From an uncultured virus (IMG/VR IMGVR_UViG_3300015371_000019) (lineage: Duplodnaviria; Heunggongvirae; Uroviricota; Caudoviricetes): a DNA stretch of 64,000 nt. The translations under genes were made by a program, and so were the position numbers. Positions 56,163 to 64,000 of the stretch are shown one piece after another. Each line of letters opens with the position of its first letter. The first letter of the stretch is position 1. The DNA is taken from the IMG/VR virus record IMGVR_UViG_3300015371_000019. One strand, 5' to 3'. The notes beneath the pieces are model-generated. The model had not been told where the DNA came from, ran no database searches, and saw only the letters and a list, made by a program, of their open reading frames with translations.

Positions 56163-57056
56163 CTATCCTTTCCTATGTCTTATCACTTCGACGATTGAGC
56201 TACCGACTGTTTCTGGATCAATAATCTCCTCCGGGTCCTCGTCCCGGCTGTGCCCGTTCTTCTTGGCCCCGGCCCGACGCATAGCCTTCCTGATCTCAAA
56301 GAACGAGTCACAAAAGTGATTAACACCGTTCCACTTGGGAGTCCAGTCGTCATCCACATGTTCAAGATACCAGTTGGCGACGGTGCGGAACTCTTCCAAG
56401 CTGACGCCGGACTCGAGGAGGCGTTCAACCCTATTCCTCCACTTGGGGGCGAGGACCTGGAAGTTGTCTTGGGAGGAATAGCGGGTACTACCGGTCCGTC
56501 TCCACAGCTTGAAGAAGCCTTGGAGGATTGTTGATATCTCTCCATTAACAAGGATGCCCAACCCGGTGTCCTTCGCCGCCCCGGCAGGGGCGTGCGGGGG
56601 AAACTTTAGTTTCCCCTCCGGGGTATTCTCTGGGGTACTCTCTGTATTAGTTCTGCCGATTCGGCATGGCTTGTCAGACACCTCCGGTCCAACTAGCCTT
56701 TCCCCTTCGGCATGGCTAGGCTTTCCCAATCGGCATCGCCTATCAAATTCCGACCAAACAACACGGAAGTACAACTTGGCCGGTACTCCGCACAGGAGCT
56801 CCTTCATCAGCTGGAGTCTCCTCAATTGTAACCTCGCAGTACGTTGGTTCTTGTAGGACAATCCTGTCTCCCTTTCCCAATCCTCCGCCGTCTTATACAC
56901 CCAACCTTCCTTGTTGCTGGTCCGACTGCTCCAATACACAAGTTGGGAGAGCATTAGGGCGGCGTGGACACTTCCGGTCCAATCTACGAAAACCCGATGG
57001 AAAGCCACCGGCCGAGCAAAGATCCGCGAGTACTTCTCTTGAATGTCCATAGGCAT
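56163..57056 (-). CDS. Replication initiator-like protein (N-terminal winged helix)
   Basis: AA..LSQL.YW, W.YKT..DW..ETGLS, GVPAK..F; upstream of helicase. Confidence 0.7.
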   Translation of the reverse strand: MPMDIQEKYSRIFARPVAFHRVFVDWTGSVHAALMLSQLVYWSSRTSNKEGWVYKTAEDWERETGLSYKNQRTARLQLRRLQLMKELLCGVPAKLYFRVVWSEFDRRCRLGKPSHAEGERLVGPEVSDKPCRIGRTNTESTPENTPEGKLKFPPHAPAGAAKDTGLGILVNGEISTILQGFFKLWRRTGSTRYSSQDNFQVLAPKWRNRVERLLESGVSLEEFRTVANWYLEHVDDDWTPKWNGVNHFCDSFFEIRKAMRRAGAKKNGHSRDEDPEEIIDPETVGSSIVEVIRHRKG

Positions 57057-57124
57057 TAAGACTACGTAGGTCGGAGGACCCGACGCAACGGATCCTCCGG
57101 CGGTGAACGGTCCCGCCACCTATA

Positions 57125-57427
57125 TTATCTGCGGGACTTTTTGGGCGGGGCCGGCCGGCGTTTGGACTTCTTTTGCCAGAGGGCCCACGCCTTCGCCAGG
57201 CGGTCGGAGAAGGCGTAGAGGTTCTTCAACGACTGCTCGACGGCCAGCTCCCGGGCGAAGTGGACTCCGTCAATGTCCGTCGGGCAGGTGAGCGTGATCA
57301 ACATCCTTGCCTCCTCCTCCGTATCCACGGAGAAGACGGGCAAGGATCCTTCTGGGATGCTACGACCGTAGCCTACGACGACTGCTCAGAAGATCTTGAT
57401 CGGCTTTTTCAGTCTATCGGCTTTCAT
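57125..57427 (-). pseudogene. Hypothetical gene interrupted by an in-frame TGA at codon 14
   Basis: ATG 57427 overlaps upstream stop; TGA at 57386-57388; frame continues into LPVFSVDTEEEA. Confidence 0.5.
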
Positions 57428-57882
57428 GGTTTGATCTCCTGCCGGTGGATCTTAGCCCGCTCCCGCAAGGCTTCGAGCTCCCGCTTGTCCTTGTCGTTCA
57501 TCCCGACCTCGCCTGGGACCCTGGAGCCGAACCGGGCTAGGATCCTGACGTGACTCTCGAGGACTTTCCACCGCTCCAGCTCCTCATACTCGAGGCGCTT
57601 GGGTTCCTGGAAGGTTCTCCCGGTGAGGAGGTCGTAGCGGAAAACCCTCCGCCCCTTCTCCCACCGGGCGTAACAGATACCCTCGAGCCCGACCTCTTGG
57701 GCGAGGGCTTGTCGCTCCTCCCCTTCTGCTCCCTCCAAGATATGTTGGTAAGATTCCTTCTCCTGCGCGGCGACGTGCATACAGGTCATCATATCCACCA
57801 TGGCTCCCGACCCGCAGGTGTAGCGCGGGTGGACGTGGAAGTTGGCTTTGCGTGGAAGGCTTTCGATTTCTTCGGTGATCAT
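57424..57882 (-). CDS. Hypothetical protein
   Basis: ATGA-coupled, GGAGG SD. Confidence 0.6.
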   Translation of the reverse strand: MITEEIESLPRKANFHVHPRYTCGSGAMVDMMTCMHVAAQEKESYQHILEGAEGEERQALAQEVGLEGICYARWEKGRRVFRYDLLTGRTFQEPKRLEYEELERWKVLESHVRILARFGSRVPGEVGMNDKDKRELEALRERAKIHRQEIKP

Positions 57883-58202
57883 GGTTTGAATCCTCCGGTG
57901 TATTCGTGATACGGAATCCGCTTTTTCTTGGGCTTGTCGAGTCGGGCTTTAACATCGAACAATGGCGGGCCCACCTTCCGGAGGTCGCTCAAGTAGGCCA
58001 GCGACCAGCTGGTTCCCGTGGGCCCGCCGCTACTCGAGGTCTGCCAACCAATCTCAATTACAGGTTGGTTGCGATACCATTTGCCTTTATCATTCCTCTT
58101 GTGATGACAGACGAGGACGAAGGTGTACTCCACCTTCCACTTATGCCGGCGGGTAGGCCGGGTCCAGATGGATACGAACTTACCAACTAGGTTTCCTTTC
58201 AT
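57879..58202 (-). CDS. Hypothetical protein
   Basis: ATGA-coupled, GGAGG SD. Confidence 0.55.
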   Translation of the reverse strand: MKGNLVGKFVSIWTRPTRRHKWKVEYTFVLVCHHKRNDKGKWYRNQPVIEIGWQTSSSGGPTGTSWSLAYLSDLRKVGPPLFDVKARLDKPKKKRIPYHEYTGGFKP

Positions 58203-58435
58203 GGAGCCTCCGGCGGTCGGAAGATTAGGTTGTGACAAAGCTTCTCCCGGATGTAGCCGGCCTCCTCGAGGCCTTTCACCGCCGCCGCGTCGTTGTCGAA
58301 CCGGGCAATGATCCCGTCCGTCCCGGCGACCACATGTCCCTCCGCGACTATGAGGAAGATGTTCCTCGCCCGGTAACTCTCCGCCGCCCGGCGGAGGAGC
58401 TGAGGGTCGTTGTTGAAGTTGTAGTTTGCGTTCAT
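58199..58435 (-). CDS. Hypothetical protein
   Basis: ATGA-coupled, GAGGAGG SD. Confidence 0.55.
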   Translation of the reverse strand: MNANYNFNNDPQLLRRAAESYRARNIFLIVAEGHVVAGTDGIIARFDNDAAAVKGLEEAGYIREKLCHNLIFRPPEAP

Positions 58436-58836
58436 GCTTCCTCCTCGTCCCGGTAGAGATCCTCGGTGACCGCCTCCAAGGCGGCTTGGATCCGCTCTTT
58501 GTACACGACCTCGAACACCCGGCCGATCAGCGGGAACGGATTGACGGTGTACTTCCCGTTCGGCACCTCGACGGGCTCGGAGGAAGGTGGCTCAATGACC
58601 TCTCCCATCCGGGTGGAGCCGGGGAAGTGTTGCATAGTGTGGAGCTGGAAGACTAAACCTTCCCGGCCGGCCTTCCACCCGGTGAGGAGGAAGTCGATCC
58701 CGTCCACGTTGAACCCGAAGTCTCCGCCCGTAGCGTCGTCGAGCTCCTCCACCCGCTTGTAATCCAACCCTAGGCGCTTGGCCGTGAGGCCAATCTGGGT
58801 GAAAAACTCCTGCATCCAATCGTTTATCGTTTTCAT
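58432..58836 (-). CDS. Hypothetical protein
   Basis: ATGA-coupled. Confidence 0.6.
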   Translation of the reverse strand: MKTINDWMQEFFTQIGLTAKRLGLDYKRVEELDDATGGDFGFNVDGIDFLLTGWKAGREGLVFQLHTMQHFPGSTRMGEVIEPPSSEPVEVPNGKYTVNPFPLIGRVFEVVYKERIQAALEAVTEDLYRDEEEA

Positions 58837-59585
58837 GCTTCGATCTGTTCCTTTCCATTATCTCCGCCGGTTGTTTGGCGGAGGTTTATCTTCTCACCCT
58901 CCCGTTGCCCGTGGGCGTGGGCCCGGTAATCCATGGCCAGCTTCTTGGCTTTCCCCTCCGTCGCGTTGGGGAAGTCCTGTTCCATCTTCTGCTTGATCAA
59001 TGCCTCCTTGGACCGGACGACGAGGGCCCAGCAAGTGGCTTGGGCTTGAGTCAGCTTCTCCTCCTCCCGCTTGTTCACGGCGATGATTCCCCCGGCGAGG
59101 CCCCAGAAGAACCCGTTCTGGCTGGCACGATCCCGGCCGGCCACCTTCCCTTGGCGGATCCCGACGGAGAACAACCGTGGGAACAGCTTCTCCAACCACG
59201 GGTAAACTACGAGGACCAGCGCCACGTCCGTCTCTTCCCCGATCACGAAGATGTGTGAGATGCTGACGTGGGTGGACGAGTGGCCCCGGTGTTTGCGTAT
59301 CAGGATCTTCACCCCGAACGCCTCCTGAAGGACCGCGAAGATCGGGTCGTGATAGGCGTGTTTGAACCGAGTCTTCGGCACGAGGTTGCTGTTAGTCTCG
59401 ACGTTGAGGGCCGGACCGGACTTCGATCCGGCCTTCGGCGGGACGGAGGCGAGACTGACCCCGTAGCGGAGCGCGAGCTCCTTAGCCTTTCCCATCGCGG
59501 CCTCCACCTCGCCGGCCGTTGCTGCCGAGTCGGCAGCTAGGGCCAGGATCTTCTGTAACTTCTCTATGACTTCTTGGTTGACCAT
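58833..59585 (-). CDS. DUF2786-like protein
   Basis: IEKLQKILALA...GE..AA..KA..L...Y; AAGGAG SD. Confidence 0.75.
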   Translation of the reverse strand: MVNQEVIEKLQKILALAADSAATAGEVEAAMGKAKELALRYGVSLASVPPKAGSKSGPALNVETNSNLVPKTRFKHAYHDPIFAVLQEAFGVKILIRKHRGHSSTHVSISHIFVIGEETDVALVLVVYPWLEKLFPRLFSVGIRQGKVAGRDRASQNGFFWGLAGGIIAVNKREEEKLTQAQATCWALVVRSKEALIKQKMEQDFPNATEGKAKKLAMDYRAHAHGQREGEKINLRQTTGGDNGKEQIEA

Positions 59586-59602
59586 ATTGCTCCTTATTAA
59601 AT

Positions 59603-60562
59603 CTACGCGTCGTCCTCTTCCCCGTTGCCGTCCCCACCGAGAACACCTTCCCGGTTGACTTCCACCAGGGTAATGCCCCGCTTGACCATAGCCTCCAGCT
59701 CGGCCATCTCCTCGTCGCCCTTGACCACGTATTGGATCTCGGTGGGACGGAACACCTGGAAGATCCCCGGCCCGTAGGCGACACCCGATCCTCCGCACAC
59801 CTTGCAGGCCCCGGTGAAGTTCTCCGGGAGGCGACACTTGGCCGGGCATTCCTTCTGGATCGCCTTGGCGTGGGCCACGAACACCTGAGTCTTGCCGAGC
59901 TCAAACCCGTGAGGGAGGCTGTGGATCCTCCGGGAGACACCCTGCTGCCGGACCTCTTTCAGGAAGTCCGCCGGGGTCTCGTAATACATCTCTCCAACCC
60001 ACAGGAGGCCGGCCTGCTCCGGCAACTTCTTGAGCGAGCACCGTCCGCACTTCGACGGGGTGGAGCACTCCCGGTCCTTAAACATGAGGGCCGGGTTGAT
60101 CCACGTCCACCCGCGGGCCGGCTTGACGCCTTCCCCGCAGCATGGACAAACCGATAGCGGGAGCGGGAGGAGTCCACAGCTCGTGAACACCGCCTTGGAT
60201 ATGAGATAGAGGCCACCGGGTTTCCTCCAGCCGCACCCGCGCTTCTGGTCGGTGACCGTTTTGATTTCGATTTCTGTTGTGTCTTTCATTTGGTTTGATT
60301 GTTTATCTCCGAGTGCGAGGATCGCCTTGTACAAAGCACCCTCGCGATCCCCGCCGTTGACGGCGGAGGACCGGGACGGCGACGGCCCGTAGCGTAGGGC
60401 CCCGGCCTTCCCGATGAAGAGGCTGGTATATCCTCCACCGACGACTGAACCGTCCGACGCCCCGGCGACATCCTTCTTGAAGTGTCGGTACTTCCCGCGG
60501 ACTCCCGCATCCCGATAACCCATGGCCAATAGGCCCCGCACCAATCGATCCTGCAATGTCAT
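59603..60562 (-). CDS. Hypothetical Cys-rich protein (possibly two fused units)
   Basis: RGCG.RK.GG.YL, CPCC, WVG..YY, GVSRRI; internal Met near 60289. Confidence 0.55.
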   Translation of the reverse strand: MTLQDRLVRGLLAMGYRDAGVRGKYRHFKKDVAGASDGSVVGGGYTSLFIGKAGALRYGPSPSRSSAVNGGDREGALYKAILALGDKQSNQMKDTTEIEIKTVTDQKRGCGWRKPGGLYLISKAVFTSCGLLPLPLSVCPCCGEGVKPARGWTWINPALMFKDRECSTPSKCGRCSLKKLPEQAGLLWVGEMYYETPADFLKEVRQQGVSRRIHSLPHGFELGKTQVFVAHAKAIQKECPAKCRLPENFTGACKVCGGSGVAYGPGIFQVFRPTEIQYVVKGDEEMAELEAMVKRGITLVEVNREGVLGGDGNGEEDDA

Positions 60563-60768
60563 ACTTTTCCTTTCTGCTTGAGGTCCGGGCAAAACCCTTT
60601 CGGGGTGGACCGGACGTGTTTGACCGCATCCCGTATGTCCGACCACGCCGCCCCGCCTTGGAGCAACGTGGTCACAAAGTGTCGGAGGCATTGGCCGTGG
60701 GACGTGTTGGCGTCCGCCCGGTTGAGGGTTCCCGCCTCCTGCTGGCAATCTGCGCAAGCCCGGTTCAT
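60559..60768 (-). CDS. Small Zn-binding protein
   Basis: CADC...SHGQC..H. Confidence 0.55.
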   Translation of the reverse strand: MNRACADCQQEAGTLNRADANTSHGQCLRHFVTTLLQGGAAWSDIRDAVKHVRSTPKGFCPDLKQKGKV

Positions 60769-60989
60769 CGGGATCCTCCGATTGCCTTGACCAATGCCTC
60801 GAGCTTGGCCCGGTCCAGGTGGGTGTTGTTGGCCGCCCGTCGTCCCATTATCTTCTCGAGGGACGGAAGATCCCAACGGTCGGAAAGTTTCAGGAACCCG
60901 GCGAGGGCATCCTTCAGGAGGGTGACTTGCTCCGGGGTCAGCGTGACCGGCGGGGCGTTGTGCGCGTTGATAATGATGTCGATTTTCAT
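60765..60989 (-). CDS. Hypothetical protein
   Basis: Coupled ORF. Confidence 0.5.
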   Translation of the reverse strand: MKIDIIINAHNAPPVTLTPEQVTLLKDALAGFLKLSDRWDLPSLEKIMGRRAANNTHLDRAKLEALVKAIGGSR

Positions 60990-60994
60990 GGTTG

Positions 60995-61270
60995 TTAGTC
61001 GTTGTAAATTACCACCTTAGTTCCCTTGGCCGCCGGGCATCGGACCACGCCCCGGCGGGTAGGCTTGAGGACCCAATACTCCACGTCTCCCTCGCCGTCC
61101 CGCTCCACCCGCTCCACCTCATACTCGACCTCAGCCCCGGTCCGGTGGGACTTCAGCGTCATGTAAGCCGTGGCCCAATGCCCTCCGGTGGATCCTTCGA
61201 GGGTAGAGATCTCCTGCGAGAACGTCCGGGTTTCCTTGTCGTAATTGAATAGGTTGGTGGAGGCGATCAT
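60995..61270 (-). CDS. Hypothetical protein
   Basis: GGAGG SD; S.RTG, D.EG, V.IYND. Confidence 0.6.
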   Translation of the reverse strand: MIASTNLFNYDKETRTFSQEISTLEGSTGGHWATAYMTLKSHRTGAEVEYEVERVERDGEGDVEYWVLKPTRRGVVRCPAAKGTKVVIYND

Positions 61271-61478
61271 TGGACACCTCCGTGCTTCTTCTCGAGCCGT
61301 CGGAATGCCGCTCCAATACGGGAGGTCAACTCCGAATACTCAATGGCGGCCGTCGCCTTCCGAAGGCCGTGGGCCAGCTTGCGGGCTTCCTCCTTGGTTA
61401 GCTCGAATCGCATGGCGGGTGAGCCGATCATTAGTTGGACGAGGCGACGACGCCCGCCCACTCTTTCAACCTTGACGA

Positions 61479-61886
61479 TCACAGCCCACCTCCCAAGTGC
61501 TTGATGCACTCCGGCCCGATACCCGCCTCGACGGACTCCGGCGTCGTGAGCTTGCGCCCGCACCGGCAGCACTTACCTTCGTGGAAGATCTCCACCTTGC
61601 CCTCGAGCCCGTTCCCGATGTGGGCCCACACCCAATTGAAGGCGACGGCGGACGGGGCCTCCGGGGTGATCCGGGACTTGCGCCCGTGGACGAACTTCTC
61701 CCCGTTGAAGATGGTTCCCAGGAACGCGTAGTTCGATTCGTTGTCCGGCCCGTTGAGGACCGAGACGAAATGCGGGGCGTCGTCCTTGGGTTGGCGAACC
61801 CGGAAGGTGAACCGGGTTCCCGTCTTGCAGGACCGGACGGTGAACGTGGCATTGCCCATGAGGGCGAATTGTTTGAGCGGGATCAT
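61479..61886 (-). CDS. DUF6011-like Zn-finger protein
   Basis: GNATFT...TG..FTF, CCRCGRKLTTPES...GIGPEC. Confidence 0.75.
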   Translation of the reverse strand: MIPLKQFALMGNATFTVRSCKTGTRFTFRVRQPKDDAPHFVSVLNGPDNESNYAFLGTIFNGEKFVHGRKSRITPEAPSAVAFNWVWAHIGNGLEGKVEIFHEGKCCRCGRKLTTPESVEAGIGPECIKHLGGGL

Positions 61887-62257
61887 TGGACGGCAGGGGT
61901 GGAGGGTTTCACGGCATATTCGGACGCTTCTTCCTTCTTCAAATCGGCGATCGCATAGTTGGCGGACCACAACCCGCGGGATCCTTTGCCCTTGCGGTCG
62001 TAGTCCATCCGGGTGTTGATCGAAACGGTCATCCGGCCGAAGCGCCGGTCGGTGTTCCGGAAGCTCACGAAGACGTGGGCGTATCGGATAACCGCACCCC
62101 GGTGCATCTCGACCGTCTTGGACAGGCAAACCAGGACCGAGAACGGACGGGCGCCCGGAACACCAAGGCGTTGGGCGGTGACTTCGCGGGTCCAGCCCGC
62201 AGCTACGGCGCGGCGGATCAACTCCACCGCTTGTTTTTTTGATGCAATGTTGCTCAT
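61883..62257 (-). CDS. Hypothetical early protein
   Basis: ATG directly after conserved motif. Confidence 0.6.
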   Translation of the reverse strand: MSNIASKKQAVELIRRAVAAGWTREVTAQRLGVPGARPFSVLVCLSKTVEMHRGAVIRYAHVFVSFRNTDRRFGRMTVSINTRMDYDRKGKGSRGLWSANYAIADLKKEEASEYAVKPSTPAVQ

Positions 62258-62266
62258 ATGGGTATG

Positions 62267-62287
62267 TATTAGCGGGTTATAGGCCCA
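62267..62287 (-). promoter_or_regulatory. Conserved promoter-like motif, copy 1
   Basis: TGGGCCTATAACCCGCTAATA, 9 nt before ATG. Confidence 0.75.
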
Positions 62288-62509
62288 TCACTTCTGGGAA
62301 GCGGTGGCTCCGACGTGTTTGTTGTAAAGTTCTTGGGCCTTGGACCGGTCGCGGGTTTCCACGATCACGACCGTGTGGCCGACGGGGTAAACACCCACAA
62401 CCGGGACCAGCAACGGACGGTTGAACCGTTTGAGGGCCATGTTAAGGGTGTGGATGTCCGGGGACGTTTCCCAGGTCAGCACTTCGTATTTGATTTCGGT
62501 TTTGTTCAT
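62288..62509 (-). CDS. Hypothetical early protein
   Basis: ATG directly after conserved motif. Confidence 0.6.
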   Translation of the reverse strand: MNKTEIKYEVLTWETSPDIHTLNMALKRFNRPLLVPVVGVYPVGHTVVIVETRDRSKAQELYNKHVGATASQK

Positions 62510-62517
62510 ATGGTTCC

Positions 62518-62538
62518 TATAAGCGGATGTTAGGCCCG
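62518..62538 (-). promoter_or_regulatory. Conserved promoter-like motif, copy 2
   Basis: CGGGCCTAACATCCGCTTATA, 8 nt before ATG. Confidence 0.75.
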
Positions 62539-62736
62539 TCTCAGGGCGGCGATCGCACCCGCGATCGCGGTGAGTCGGTCGAGACGGTCCTCCGGGGTGA
62601 TGACTTGGACCATCTCCCGTTTGCCCGTCGCCGTCCGGCGGATCTCGGTGTAACCCGATCGGGTGGCTTCGCTAACGACCTCCACCCGGCCTTCCCGGAT
62701 CGCCCGGGCCAAACTTGCTTGTGTCATTGTCTTCAT
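62530..62736 (-). CDS. Hypothetical early protein
   Basis: ATG directly after conserved motif. Confidence 0.6.
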   Translation of the reverse strand: MKTMTQASLARAIREGRVEVVSEATRSGYTEIRRTATGKREMVQVITPEDRLDRLTAIAGAIAALRRA

Positions 62737-62744
62737 ACTTGTGA

Positions 62745-62765
62745 TATAAGCGGGTTAAAGGCCCA
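62745..62765 (-). promoter_or_regulatory. Conserved promoter-like motif, copy 3
   Basis: TGGGCCTTTAACCCGCTTATA, 8 nt before ATG. Confidence 0.75.
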
Positions 62766-62776
62766 CTCAAAATTGA

Positions 62777-62968
62777 TCAGCACCCTTTCCAGGAGGCCCG
62801 TCCCGCATACGGGTAATCCGTTCCTTTACCCAGTTTTGTGGCGGCCTCGAGGGCTTCACTCCGGTCGCTGGCTTCCACATCCACCGACATCCACATCCCC
62901 CGTCCGGCCGGATCTGCGTGCATACGGACCGTCCATGTCCTTCTCATTGTTGTGATCGTTTTCTTCAT
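62777..62968 (-). CDS. Hypothetical early protein
   Basis: ATG directly after conserved motif. Confidence 0.55.
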   Translation of the reverse strand: MKKTITTMRRTWTVRMHADPAGRGMWMSVDVEASDRSEALEAATKLGKGTDYPYAGRASWKGC

Positions 62969-63320
62969 ACTCGTGATATAAGCGGGTCGCAGGCCCATTA
63001 CTTCTGGGAAGTCCGGTGACCATCTCGTTCCCGATCTTGCGGGCGGCGGCGAGGGCCCCGTCCCGGGCGAAGTCCTCCGGGCCCATCGGGAGGCCGAGGA
63101 CTTCCCGGAGCCACGGGAACGTCTTGATATTGTTAGGGGTAAACTGGAGGGTGTCCCGGCGGCGGCGGATGTAATCCTTGAGCAAGGCCACCTGGCGCTT
63201 AGGACCGGGCCGGCCCGCACCGTAATCCGCCAGGAGGAAGTTCACCGGCTCGTTCCCGACCAGGAGGGTCAAGGAGTGCCCCGTCATTAACAGCGTTGCA
63301 TTTTGTTTCATATTTGACAT
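62856..63320 (-). CDS. Hypothetical early protein (3' end overlaps next gene; end uncertain)
   Basis: ATG directly after conserved motif. Confidence 0.5.
   Translation of the reverse strand: MSNMKQNATLLMTGHSLTLLVGNEPVNFLLADYGAGRPGPKRQVALLKDYIRRRRDTLQFTPNNIKTFPWLREVLGLPMGPEDFARDGALAAARKIGNEMVTGLPRSNGPATRLYHEYEENDHNNEKDMDGPYARRSGRTGDVDVGGCGSQRPE
62977..62997 (-). promoter_or_regulatory. Conserved promoter-like motif, copy 4
   Basis: TGGGCCTGCGACCCGCTTATA, 8 nt before ATG. Confidence 0.75.
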
Positions 63321-63328
63321 ACGGGTTC

Positions 63329-63349
63329 TATAAGCGGGTCGTTGGCCCA
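63329..63349 (-). promoter_or_regulatory. Conserved promoter-like motif, copy 5
   Basis: TGGGCCAACGACCCGCTTATA, 8 nt before ATG. Confidence 0.75.
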
Positions 63350-63525
63350 TCGTTCTTGCGAATCGTTCGTTTACCATCATGCCGTAATATAACCCGGTCC
63401 TGGATCCCGTCAACGTCCCAATTCTATATTTTTAGAATTATCTTCTGGACCATCCCGGTGGACCGCCGGGCCGGATTCTTGGCCATGCCATCGTAGTGCC
63501 ATTTCCAAGCCGCCGGTGGACCATC

Positions 63526-64000
63526 TTACTGGACCACCGGGTTCCCGGCCGGGGCCTTCTCCAGCCCGGCCACATCCACCGGGGCGGCGGGAGCCAATCC
63601 TTTCCGGCCGGCATTGAGCTGGATCCGGATCGTATTGTCCGCCACCGTTGCCCCGATCCGGTTGAGGACGGCCCGGGTCCGCTTGAAGTCCCACCCGGCT
63701 ACTCCACAGGCCCGGATGATTGCCACGGCGGAGTGTCCCCCGAAGGCGGCCGGCGTCGAGCGGGTCCGCTTCAACGGACCGGGTGTGCCCTTGGCTTCCT
63801 TGCCCGACTTGGACGGGGTGAGGCCCAAGCGGGTCCGGAGATCCACCGGGAGCTGCCGGTAATACTTGCGGAGCATCTTCAGCGCCACGGCCACTTGGCG
63901 GGGCGTGAGGGTGGCTTGAGCGGCCAAGGACTTTCCGTAGGCGGTGTCCATAGCGTTGAACCCGGCTTCATCCTTCCGACGGGCCCCGTCGCACATCCCG
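63526..64000 (-). CDS. Hypothetical protein (probably 5'-truncated) carrying the shared ~47-aa domain
   Basis: CDGA..D..GFN..D...G.SLA...KY..QL then GHSAVAIIRACG..VADNTIRIQL. Confidence 0.6.
   Translation of the reverse strand, partial: GMCDGARRKDEAGFNAMDTAYGKSLAAQATLTPRQVAVALKMLRKYYRQLPVDLRTRLGLTPSKSGKEAKGTPGPLKRTRSTPAAFGGHSAVAIIRACGVAGWDFKRTRAVLNRIGATVADNTIRIQLNAGRKGLAPAAPVDVAGLEKAPAGNPVVQ

Noticed and set aside
62258..63349. CRISPR array
   Set aside because: Repeats are degenerate, separated by whole ORFs of 200-350 nt and fixed relative to start codons; no cas genes.
63378..63410. Sixth copy of the early promoter motif
   Set aside because: Has TTATA near an ATG but lacks GGGCC and CCGCT, and GG-N10-GC is not satisfied.
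1..64000. Genome-wide stop-codon reassignment
   Set aside because: Conserved genes are intact in code 11 and TGA, TAA and TAG all terminate genes; only one in-frame TGA was noticed.
1..64000. Prophage boundary, host DNA, integrase, DGR or tRNA genes
   Set aside because: Host-like genes are coupled within phage operons; no integrase, reverse transcriptase or tRNA was recognised by eye (tRNAscan not run).

Overview
A 64-kb segment of a GC-rich tailed dsDNA bacteriophage with a siphovirus-type gene set (tape measure, tail tube, lambda-like tail tip, no sheath). Nearly all genes from 3 kb onward are on the - strand. In transcription order they are: small early-type genes, each preceded by a conserved promoter-like motif (57-64 kb); a replication, recombination and DNA-modification block (39-57 kb: initiator-like protein, helicase, queD/queE/PRTase-folE/dpdA-like/queC 7-deazaguanine genes, clamp, split UDG-exo/PolA, DnaX, MazG, SSB, RecA, 5'-3' exonuclease, resolvase); terminase, thyA, portal and a MuF protein with a HExxH extension; a glycosyl/methyltransferase island inside the head module; head, neck and tail genes; an intact cytoplasmic hybrid histidine kinase inside the tail operon; and finally exported proteins plus a type IV pilin. 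A convergent + strand split Rad50/Mre11 module occupies 1-2.9 kb. The pilin style suggests a PVC (Verrucomicrobiota-like) host, which is inference. The main candidate novelties are two related ~125-nt three-way-junction RNAs, sigma54-geometry leaderless promoters, a ~47-aa domain reused in three unrelated proteins, an apparently split DpdA, the phage kinase and the pilin/export cassette. All family calls come from motif recognition by eye; no searches or folding programs were run.
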